From Sulfurimonadaceae bacterium (GTDB taxonomy: Bacteria > Campylobacterota > Campylobacteria > Campylobacterales > Sulfurimonadaceae), in assembly GCA_041548245.1 (NCBI GenBank), contig JBFESZ010000027.1, forward strand, positions 1 to 22,788: 22,788 bases of DNA, given 5' to 3'. The number at the start of each line of letters is the position of its first letter. Positions within the stretch are counted from its first letter, which is position 1. The notes beneath the pieces are model-generated. The model was given only the letters and a program-made list of their open reading frames with translations. It had not been told where the DNA came from and searched no databases. The position numbers and the translations under genes are program-made. Shown here one piece after another: positions 9,601-16,474 of this stretch.

Positions 9601-10095
9601 GATCTCTTCCAGTTCTTTGATGATCTGGTTTTGTGCATTTCCGTAGATGTCATAAAAGATCTCTTGGAATTCTGCACTTTGGTTATCAACAAGTGGGCGA
9701 ACCTCTACGATGGTACTGTAGTTTGCCTGAAGGGTCTTGACACTTTTACATGCGAAACAGATACCTTCTCCCGTATGATTATGTAATGCGTCAGTGGTTT
9801 TAAGATGTCGAATGTATGCAGCGACTTTGTTATCGACATTGGCACGTTGACTTTTTAGTGAGTCAGCAGTTGCTTCTGAACTATTTCCCATATACATTAC
9901 GGTCATACCACGTTCGCGTGAGAGTTCTCCGATTAGTTCATTTAACTGTTTGTTCTCATTGAGTTTGTTTTGTAGTTTGATCGCCGAGTCATAACCGATA
10001 TATGAAACATATACGTAATAACTTGCAATCCCGATCAGCATGAAGATTGGGAAAAGACTGATCAGTCTTAGTCTGGCTTTGAGACCTATTTGCAT
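6700..10095 (-). CDS. Membrane-bound hybrid sensor histidine kinase with periplasmic NIT (nitrate/nitrite-sensing)-like domain, one canonical and two degenerate receiver domains
   Basis: Two TM segments (aa ~10-32 and ~315-337) flank a helical domain with NIT-like motifs LSRERGMT...LKSQRANVD and AKEYTSSERD. H-box FLANMSHEIRTPLNG (His418), N box NLLSNAVKFT, G boxes DSGIG and GGTGLGL. Canonical REC VAEDN...FMDIQMP (Asp841)...TKP. Confidence 0.93.
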   Translation of the reverse strand: MQIGLKARLRLISLFPIFMLIGIASYYVYVSYIGYDSAIKLQNKLNENKQLNELIGELSRERGMTVMYMGNSSEATADSLKSQRANVDNKVAAYIRHLKTTDALHNHTGEGICFACKSVKTLQANYSTIVEVRPLVDNQSAEFQEIFYDIYGNAQNQIIKELEEISNYQLDEEITSIATTYLILAKAKEYTSSERDFITYALARSTKFDSEELNVWLTLIGKADALNYNALTNADLKSQLKTLFTDEDNAELFEDITLERAEIMQAVNDGLYATESGIWFTMLSEKVNLIDEAEQILLNAMDKESELYKQEQLQILIISIAIWAFAILGAIFGILLSTDIARNIKNLEVILQRVATDTHEGDELSSAEIASHINLDTTKGTAQAYQLLESIIEQTRRDKEFAMEASEAKSMFLANMSHEIRTPLNGIVGFTELLKDTALHDEQREFVDIIEKSSENLLEIINNILDLSKIESNKLEIEEIVFNAQEEFESAVEVYAVRASEKHIDLGCFIDPNIERPIKGDPTKIKEVVINLLSNAVKFTNSGGAITVDIRRVPCEEENTARIKFSVKDSGIGVTKEQKDRIFDAFGQADSSITRKYGGTGLGLTISSSFVDLMGGKLDLESEPGKGTTFFFTLDFEEIETLNESMRNQYSNINAVILESASKRKVQDANLRQYLDFYGVSYASFKNLDELKKLEQKISYDLMFVDYDYANEETLKEYVKHPERMILVTKSYYMKKIDSLKLDIFKVMYEPMNASKIRSALASYDVQEFNQPKVKTVQKRKYDEKTSRFDAKALVAEDNLINQKLIKRTLEDIGINVTLANNGLEAFEKRKNNEFDVIFMDIQMPVLDGVEATQEILEYEEDYNVQHTPIIALTANALKGDRERFMGAGMDEYTTKPLVRSEIISLLNHFIGHKIVDATTVEDEPVAEITSEPVMNAALEEPVSTTPSAIEESVLDTVLDDADFDVDLSLDEMALEIEPTVEIPQEEVFAPIEETLEMDENIYTDDATEVPAVSKYDADILLAKKSSFENRLFKSLLDDLGYTSIVVDGVEALQETVRSKKFKLVLFDKESDGLSIPELAAGIKTQNEDTALVLMIDPALDADESDANYVHEIIKNVINKDLLRLVFEKFI

Positions 10096-10108
10096 TGGTT
10101 ACCTACCT

Positions 10109-12166
10109 TTATAGTTGATCTGCATAAGCTTGCAGTCTAGCAAGAGCTTGCGCAGTGTTGTTGATATTGTTTTCTTGTTGAAGCTGTTTGAGAACTTCGG
10201 AGATCTCATTCAAACGAAGATTGTCGCTCATTCCTTTAAGAAGAGTGGCTGTCTTGTTGATACCTTTGATATCTTGACTTGCAAGGGCATTGTCAAAGTT
10301 AGCTTTATGAGCAGCAATCTGCTCTTTGAAATCTTGTATAAAGTCTTTGACGATGTCAACAGGAACGCCTAGTTCATTTGCAGTACGTTCTGCATCTATG
10401 TGCATTGTTGCTACATCGACAGCAGAAGCAGTATCTTCTTCATGAGTATGCTGATCGGTAATATCTAAAAGATCATCATATAGACCATCGTCTTCTAGTG
10501 CATCAGGCATAGGAATATCTGCGAAAGCTTCAGGTTCGGCGAGATCATTGGATTTGCCAAGGAAATCCTCCTCACCGAGAGTTTCAGACATAGGGGCTTC
10601 AGCGAAAGCTTCCGGCTCGGTGACATTATCGGATGTGCCTAGAAGGTTATCATATAGATCATCCTCCTCACCGAGGGTTTCAGACATAGGGGCTTCAGCG
10701 AAAGCTTCAGGTTCAGCTACATCATCAGATGTACTTAGAAGATTATCATACAGATCATCCTCTTCAAAGGACTCTGAAAGGGATGATTCTTGAGACGTTG
10801 ATTCATCCAGGCTTTCTGGAGTAGCCAGCATATCGCTGTATATATCATCTTCTTCTATCATCACGGATGATGGTTCTTCGGGTACGGGATGGGATATCGG
10901 AGTCACATCTTCATCGATCAGCATCGGTCCATCTTCTGGTGGTTTGATGGAAATAGAAAGATCCATCTCCTCGTCTTGAGTTTCAGGTGATGATGCAATT
11001 CCAGCAGAAGCAGACTCTTCTGGAAGTTCTTTGCCTTCAAGCTTCGCAATTATTTTATAGAACTGGTTCAGATTTGGAAGAATCTCTTCAGGATCTTTGG
11101 AACTATTGACAACACTCAACACATCGAATGCATCCTCAACACGCAGGTTTGCCGCGACCCCTTTGAGTTTATGAGAAAGAATCTGTACATTGTCAAAGTC
11201 CTCTGTCTTGACAGAAGCATAAAGGTCATCATGAAACTCATGCGCCTGATCAATAAAGTCACCGATGAACTCTTCAATAAGATCAACAGGAAGTCCCAGT
11301 TCATCTGCCGCGATCTGTGGTTCATAAACGTAAGTTCCTGATCGGACAAGCTCGCTTAAATGTTCATCGCCACTTGGACCACTTACGTAATCACCCAGCA
11401 TAGGGGACTCTTTCTTCGTCGGTGCGCTTGTTGGCAGATCGTCGAAGCCGATCTCCTCTTCTTGAACAGCTGGCTCAGGTGTCAGATCCATCATGACGTC
11501 ATCATCTAGAGTAAGAGGAGCGCTGTAGTCGATATCAACGGGTGCACCAAATTCATTTTCTGTTGGACTAGAGAGACCGAGGTCAATCTCTTGAGGCTCT
11601 GGAATATCAAGAGGATCCGGTTCGGACAGTTCATGGGCAGGACTGTCCTCGAAGTTAGGAAAAGACGTTTCTACTTCAGGTGGAAGTTCAAAGTTTGCTT
11701 TGAGCTCTTCTTTAGGCTGAGAAGGCTTAGGTTCATCAATTGGAGTGTTGATATTGGCCGCAACTTGGGTGGATTGTGCAGCGGTTGAAGCTTTTATCCC
11801 ACCTGAAGATTCTACAGTTTGAGTGGCTTGCAGGTCTTCACTACCAGACAAGGCACGAAGGTTTTTAATGGTGATTGCAAAACCGTTTTCATTCGATGTA
11901 AAGTGAAAAGGTGAAGCATGCAAGGTACATGAGTAGTTTCTTCCCTTGGCATGAATAATGGCTTTAGACTCACCTGTTTCACTGTGCAGGATAAAATCAA
12001 TCCATGAAAAGTTTTTAAAGTTGTGGATAAAACCGGGTTTTTTTACAAAAAGGTCAGCAAAGTCATGTGATTCGTTTTGAAGTTCGCCAATATTATTAAA
12101 GCCCAATCCTTCCAGATCATCTTTATCAATACCGATAAACTCTTTTTTTTGATTATATAATAGCAA
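10109..12166 (-). CDS. Hpt-domain phosphotransfer protein: N-terminal PAS-like domain, Hpt, acidic repeats, C-terminal degenerate Hpt
   Basis: AADELGLPVDLIEEFIGDF...SHKLKGVAANLR (His332) is a canonical Hpt. A second copy TANELGVPVDIVKDFIQDF...ATLLKGMSDNLR lacks the His. Long D/E/P-rich linkers. The PAS-like call for aa 1-105 is tentative. Confidence 0.85.
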   Translation of the reverse strand: MLLYNQKKEFIGIDKDDLEGLGFNNIGELQNESHDFADLFVKKPGFIHNFKNFSWIDFILHSETGESKAIIHAKGRNYSCTLHASPFHFTSNENGFAITIKNLRALSGSEDLQATQTVESSGGIKASTAAQSTQVAANINTPIDEPKPSQPKEELKANFELPPEVETSFPNFEDSPAHELSEPDPLDIPEPQEIDLGLSSPTENEFGAPVDIDYSAPLTLDDDVMMDLTPEPAVQEEEIGFDDLPTSAPTKKESPMLGDYVSGPSGDEHLSELVRSGTYVYEPQIAADELGLPVDLIEEFIGDFIDQAHEFHDDLYASVKTEDFDNVQILSHKLKGVAANLRVEDAFDVLSVVNSSKDPEEILPNLNQFYKIIAKLEGKELPEESASAGIASSPETQDEEMDLSISIKPPEDGPMLIDEDVTPISHPVPEEPSSVMIEEDDIYSDMLATPESLDESTSQESSLSESFEEDDLYDNLLSTSDDVAEPEAFAEAPMSETLGEEDDLYDNLLGTSDNVTEPEAFAEAPMSETLGEEDFLGKSNDLAEPEAFADIPMPDALEDDGLYDDLLDITDQHTHEEDTASAVDVATMHIDAERTANELGVPVDIVKDFIQDFKEQIAAHKANFDNALASQDIKGINKTATLLKGMSDNLRLNEISEVLKQLQQENNINNTAQALARLQAYADQL
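10565..10766 (-). repeat. In-frame 96-bp (32-aa) tandem repeat, about 2.1 near-identical copies plus a degenerate copy at ~10470-10564
   Basis: Plus-strand ATCCTCCTCACCGAG.GTTTCAGACATAGGGGCTTCAGCGAAAGCTTC starts at 10565 and 10661, and ATCCTCTTCA at 10757 (period 96). Encodes EEDDLYDNLLxTSDxVxEPEAFAEAPMSETLG. Confidence 0.95.
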
Positions 12167-12179
12167 GGGATCCCCTTTT

Positions 12180-12593
12180 TTAGAGTTCTTTTTCTTTCAT
12201 TTTTCTGTACATCTCGGATGTTTCTTCGATATCCTTGCGTGCAGCAGGTCTGCGTGCAGCTACATATGCAATGATATTGCCATCTTTGTCTTTTGAAGGT
12301 AGGATTTCCGTCTCAACCCAATAAAACTTCCCATCTTTACGGAGGTTTTTAACCAGTCCATGCCAGATCTGGCCACTTTGTATAGTCTCCCACATTTTTT
12401 GAAATGCCTCTTTAGGCATGTCAGGGTGGCGGATCATGTTGTGGGGTTGTCCGACAAGTTCCTCTTTATCGTACCCCGAAATCTCACAAAACTTTCTATT
12501 GGCATAAGTGATTATCCCTTTGAGGTCGGTCTCGCTGACGATGACACGCCCTTGAAAAAGATACTCTTCATCCAATGCTTCTACTTTTCCCAT
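12180..12593 (-). CDS. Stand-alone Aer/CetB-like PAS domain protein (putative FAD redox sensor)
   Basis: IVSETDLKGIITYAN..F..ISGY...ELVGQPHNMIRHPDMPKEAF..MW.TI..G..W.G.VKNLRKDGKFYWV is the Aer-type PAS signature. No TM segment or signalling domain. Confidence 0.9.
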   Translation of the reverse strand: MGKVEALDEEYLFQGRVIVSETDLKGIITYANRKFCEISGYDKEELVGQPHNMIRHPDMPKEAFQKMWETIQSGQIWHGLVKNLRKDGKFYWVETEILPSKDKDGNIIAYVAARRPAARKDIEETSEMYRKMKEKEL

Positions 12594-12623
12594 ATAAAAC
12601 CTTTAAAAAATACTGTTTGTTTT

Positions 12624-12638
12624 ATGTAATGATTACAT
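12624..12638. promoter_or_regulatory. Perfect 7-1-7 inverted repeat ATGTAAT-G-ATTACAT, candidate operator for the signalling operon
   Basis: Located 31-45 nt upstream of the PAS gene ATG, in the 92-bp uvrC-PAS intergenic gap. Confidence 0.5.
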
Positions 12639-12685
12639 TTAAGCATGCGATTGAACAATATATCATATTCTACGCAAAATATAAC

Positions 12686-14509
12686 TTATTTGTATAATTT
12701 CTTGATTTCATATGCATCATTTTTTCCCACAACATCGGCTATATCACTTTCAGTAGCAGCTCTGATGGCTTCGAACGTTCCGAAATGATTAAGCAGTTTT
12801 TTTAATTTGGCGGGACCAATTCCTTTGCTCTTTAAAAGTTCAGATTCTTGGTCCTGTTTGAGCTTTGTTTTTTTATGAAAACTTATGGCATAACGGTGCG
12901 CTTCATCCCTCATACGCTGTACCCATTGAAGACGTTTGTCGTTTGTCGAAAGCAAAAAGCTCTCTTCCAGAGTATGGATGATGTCTTTTGCCTTGCCTTT
13001 TGCCCGATGTGCTTTGGCATCTACCTTCTCTTTTGAAATAGCAATAATGTCTATGTTGGTACCGCAAGAGTAAAGAAGCTCTTGGGCAAGCTTTAACAGC
13101 GTGCTCCCGCCATCAAGAATCCAAAGGTCCGGAGCAGGATTCGTCTCAAAACTCTCTATTCTTCGTGTGAGTGTCTCTTTCATCTGGGCGTATTCATCCA
13201 GGCTTGTAAGATGGTATTGCCGGTAAGCTGATTTGTTGAACTTTCCATCTTCAAAACAGACCATACCTCCCACCGGAGCAGAACCTTGAAGATGGGAGTT
13301 GTCAAATATCTCTATGCGTTTAGGCATATTTTCTAGAGAGCAAAGTTCTTTGAGTTTTTCTTCAAGAGTATCGTATACATTGTTTGAAGCACTGCTATAC
13401 TTGTCTAGAAGTTCACGGGTGTTTTTCAGTGCGAGTTCACAGAGCTTGGCCTTTGAGCCTCTTTGGGGTGCATTAAGGGTGAGACTTTTAGCAAATGTGC
13501 TTTTGAGGTATTCGCCAACTTCTCTCATCTCTTCAAAGGGATGTGCCACCACAATCTGTTTTGTGGTCAATGGTGAGAGTTGATAAAACTCCAAGATAGC
13601 ACGCTTATAGATCTCGTCTCGGTCATATCCGAAATTGAGATGTATGAAGTTATGTGAGCTTGAGATGATCTTTCCATGACGCATAAACAGACGCAATACA
13701 ACGGCACGTTTATCATCGGCATCGACACAGAACAGGTCCAGGTCTTCAATACTTGCGATATCTATTTGAGAAGTGACATTGCTTTTGGCAATCTTTTCGA
13801 TACTGTCGCGTAAAAGAGCGGCTTCTTCAAAACGCATCTCTTCAGCCAATTTGTACATCTTAAGTTCCAATGCCGAACACAGAGAGTCTTTATCGTTGAT
13901 ATAGTCAATACCTTTTTCTATGAGTTTTGAATATTCAACCGAAGTGACCTTTCCCTCACACGGAGCCAGGCATTTCTTTATCTGATAGTATAGGCAGGCT
14001 TTGCCAGAGCTAAGGCAGCTTTTTTTCTGTACAAGCGGAAGAATTTCATACAAAGCGTTTAAGGTATCTCTTGCTCCGGTCGAGAATGGCCCGAAATATT
14101 TGATGTTTTTGTCATTCAAGATTTTTCTTGTGATTTCAAAACGGGGAAAAGAAGAACTTTTGTCTAGGTAGATGTAAGGATAGGTCTTGTCATCACGTAA
14201 CAAGACATTATACTTTGGACGCAGCTGCTTGATAAGTGAGTTTTCAAGAATGAGTGCATCATGTTCATTGTCAACGACTATATAGTGCATACGATGGACT
14301 TCATGTAGCATCTTGACAATACGAGGATTCAGACTAGCGTTAGGCATGAAATGCGGTGAAAAACGAAAATAACTTTTAACTCGGGCTTTTAGGTCTTTGG
14401 CTTTTCCGATATAAAGAAGCTTTCCGTTTTGGTCGAAGTAGTGATAGACACCTGCGGATGTAGGAAGTTGTTGGACTTGGGATAAGAGTGAGGGATTAAG
14501 TTTTTTCAT
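12686..14509 (-). CDS. uvrC: Excinuclease ABC subunit C
   Basis: GIY-YIG-type GVY...LYIGKAKDLKARVKSYF, PKYNVLLRDDKTYPY, CLYYQIKKCLAPC, RIEIFDNSH, PDLWILDGG, RDEAHRYAI and C-terminal HhH GIGPAK. Confidence 0.97.
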   Translation of the reverse strand: MKKLNPSLLSQVQQLPTSAGVYHYFDQNGKLLYIGKAKDLKARVKSYFRFSPHFMPNASLNPRIVKMLHEVHRMHYIVVDNEHDALILENSLIKQLRPKYNVLLRDDKTYPYIYLDKSSSFPRFEITRKILNDKNIKYFGPFSTGARDTLNALYEILPLVQKKSCLSSGKACLYYQIKKCLAPCEGKVTSVEYSKLIEKGIDYINDKDSLCSALELKMYKLAEEMRFEEAALLRDSIEKIAKSNVTSQIDIASIEDLDLFCVDADDKRAVVLRLFMRHGKIISSSHNFIHLNFGYDRDEIYKRAILEFYQLSPLTTKQIVVAHPFEEMREVGEYLKSTFAKSLTLNAPQRGSKAKLCELALKNTRELLDKYSSASNNVYDTLEEKLKELCSLENMPKRIEIFDNSHLQGSAPVGGMVCFEDGKFNKSAYRQYHLTSLDEYAQMKETLTRRIESFETNPAPDLWILDGGSTLLKLAQELLYSCGTNIDIIAISKEKVDAKAHRAKGKAKDIIHTLEESFLLSTNDKRLQWVQRMRDEAHRYAISFHKKTKLKQDQESELLKSKGIGPAKLKKLLNHFGTFEAIRAATESDIADVVGKNDAYEIKKLYK

Positions 14510-14933
14510 TGATGATCTGTCGTATCTCTTCTATGATATTATGCAGTTGCTCGTTTTTAACACTGTTCTCAAACGTGCCATTGGACCTTTCATCATAATA
14601 CTCTTCATGCGAGGCTTTGACAGAAAAGTTCAAGGTTTTTTTATGAGAAACAAAGGCACGGATGTCGAAGAGCTCAAAGTTTTTGCATTCACTTGGCGGT
14701 ACATTCTTTAAAGGTGTTTTTATAGAACTTATAATATTATCGAACTCTTGTTTTGCACCGGGGTGATTAAGTGCGAAGAATAGGATATTATGTCTGATAT
14801 ATCCGAATAGAATGAATTTATGAAGTCGCTGAGGTAGCAACGCTTTGACAGCATTGATACAAGGTAGATTATTAAGAGGCGAAAATGCTGATTGAGAGCG
14901 AAGATGAGAAACAAGCTGTTTAGAATTTTTCAT
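14496..14933 (-). CDS. Conserved hypothetical protein, DUF721/DciA-like (putative replicative helicase loader)
   Basis: YIRHNILFFALNHPGAKQEF resembles the KH-like DciA core. C-terminal YDERSNGTFEN...LHNIIEEIRQII. Overlaps the uvrC start by 14 nt. The CDS is solid but the function is tentative. Confidence 0.6.
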   Translation of the reverse strand: MKNSKQLVSHLRSQSAFSPLNNLPCINAVKALLPQRLHKFILFGYIRHNILFFALNHPGAKQEFDNIISSIKTPLKNVPPSECKNFELFDIRAFVSHKKTLNFSVKASHEEYYDERSNGTFENSVKNEQLHNIIEEIRQIINEKT

Positions 14934-15023
14934 ATCACCATTATAACAGTTTTGATGTTAAGTATACATGGATGCGGCTATAAAGCCCCTCCTTATTATC
15001 CAGACGAGAAAGAGAGTAATTAG
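14904..15023 (+). CDS. Small lipoprotein, LptM/YifL-like (39 aa; absent from the ORF track)
   Basis: MRNKLFRIFHITIITVLMLSIHGCGYKAPPYYPDEKESN*: basic n-region, hydrophobic core, lipobox-like IHGC, then CGYKAPPYYP resembling the CGxKGPLYxP motif of LptM/YifL. Stops 2 nt before the nadB GTG. Confidence 0.75.
   Translation: MRNKLFRIFHITIITVLMLSIHGCGYKAPPYYPDEKESN
14940..14948 (-). promoter_or_regulatory. Extended -10 promoter TGTTATAAT, 6 nt before the ATG at 14933 (leaderless transcript)
   Basis: Minus strand reads TGTTATAAT-GGTGAT-ATG. Perfect consensus placing +1 at the A of the start codon. Confidence 0.7.
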
Positions 15024-15025
15024 GC

Positions 15026-16474
15026 GTGGTTTATGATGTTGTGATTATTGGAGCAGGTGTCGCAGGCTTATATGCAGCCATCAACTTGCCAAAGGACAAA
15101 AAAGTATTGATCATCAATAAGGACCATCCATGGGCCTGTAATACTTTTTATGCACAGGGAGGTGTTGTGACTGCTGTGGATGATGCTGATGAAACATTAC
15201 ACATTCAAGATACTTTGGAAGCTGGGGCTGGTTTATGCGATGAAGCAGCTGTGCGCGTACTGAGTGAGCACAGCCGCGAAGTTGTCGGTGATCTGATCAA
15301 GCGTGGTTTTCAATTTGACAAAGATGCCAATGGGGAGCTTTTGTATACGAAAGAGGCAGCTCATTCGGCAAGTCGTATCTTGCATGCTGGAGGTGATGCG
15401 ACAGGACGTTATCTGCATAAGTTCTTATTAGAACAGAACCCTCATCCTATGCTTGAAGGTGCTCAGGTTATTGATCTTTTGATCGATGAAGGGAAATGTT
15501 ATGGTGTATGCATCAATAGAAACGGTGAGTCAAAACATATCTTTTCAAAAAGTACGATCATCGCTTCTGGCGGAGTAGGGTCACTTTTTGCCTATCATAC
15601 CAATGCTCGAACGATTAGCGGTGATCTGCAGGGAATATGTCTGGAAAAAGGCATTGAACTAGAACGTATGGAGATGTTGCAGTTCCATCCTACTGTTTAT
15701 GTGGGTTCAAAAACAGCGCAAAAACAGCTGTTGACAGAAGCTTTAAGAGGTGAAGGGGCTCAGTTGGTCGGTGAGAACGGTTATGCTTTTATGAAAGATT
15801 ATGACGAGAGAGCGGAACTGGCACCAAGAGATATCGTATCACGTGCGATGTTTGATTACAAGCAGAAGACGGGCGAGCAGGTCTATCTTTCATTTGAAAA
15901 TTTTGAAGTCGAATATTTTAATAAGCGTTTCCCAAATATCGCTTCAAATCTTAAAGACCTTGGATTTGATCTTCCCAAAGAGCGCGTACCGATCTCTCCA
16001 GCCTTTCACTACTCTATTGGGGGCATAAAAACCAACCTTGATGGGGAGATAGAGTCGGTAGAGAACCTCTATGCTATAGGAGAAGTCGCTTCGACCAGGG
16101 TACATGGGGCTAATCGTTTAGCGAGCAATTCGCTTTTGGAAGGCTTGGTCTTTGCTGCAAGAGCAGCAGCCAAGATTAAAAAAGGAAGTGTTACCTATTC
16201 ACCAAAACAGTTCCCAATAAGCACAGATTCACTGCGTTGTGAAGGCGATAACACATACAAAAGCGAACTTCGTCGTATAATGTGGGACGATATTGGGATT
16301 GTCCGTACGGAAAAAGGGCTTCAAGAAGCTTTGGACTTTATTGAAGCGACCTTGCATAGGCCAATAGGGAGGCTGTTGAAGCTTCGTTTATTAACGGCAA
16401 AAGAGATTGTCACATCGGCAATGAAACGAAAAACCTCAGTAGGGGTACATTATATAAAGGAGAGTGAAAAATGA
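15026..16474 (+). CDS. nadB: L-aspartate oxidase
   Basis: FAD motif IIGAGVAG, AQGG, EAAHS..RILHAGGDATG, QFHPT, LLTEALRGEGA, ELAPRDIVSR, AFHYSIGG and VHGANRLASNSLLE. Confidence 0.95.
   Translation: MVYDVVIIGAGVAGLYAAINLPKDKKVLIINKDHPWACNTFYAQGGVVTAVDDADETLHIQDTLEAGAGLCDEAAVRVLSEHSREVVGDLIKRGFQFDKDANGELLYTKEAAHSASRILHAGGDATGRYLHKFLLEQNPHPMLEGAQVIDLLIDEGKCYGVCINRNGESKHIFSKSTIIASGGVGSLFAYHTNARTISGDLQGICLEKGIELERMEMLQFHPTVYVGSKTAQKQLLTEALRGEGAQLVGENGYAFMKDYDERAELAPRDIVSRAMFDYKQKTGEQVYLSFENFEVEYFNKRFPNIASNLKDLGFDLPKERVPISPAFHYSIGGIKTNLDGEIESVENLYAIGEVASTRVHGANRLASNSLLEGLVFAARAAAKIKKGSVTYSPKQFPISTDSLRCEGDNTYKSELRRIMWDDIGIVRTEKGLQEALDFIEATLHRPIGRLLKLRLLTAKEIVTSAMKRKTSVGVHYIKESEK

Noticed and set aside
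10565-10766. Repeat considered as a CRISPR array or DGR template/variable pair
   Set aside because: In-frame contiguous coding repeat with no unique spacers, no adenine-specific mismatch pattern, and no cas or reverse transcriptase gene in the window.
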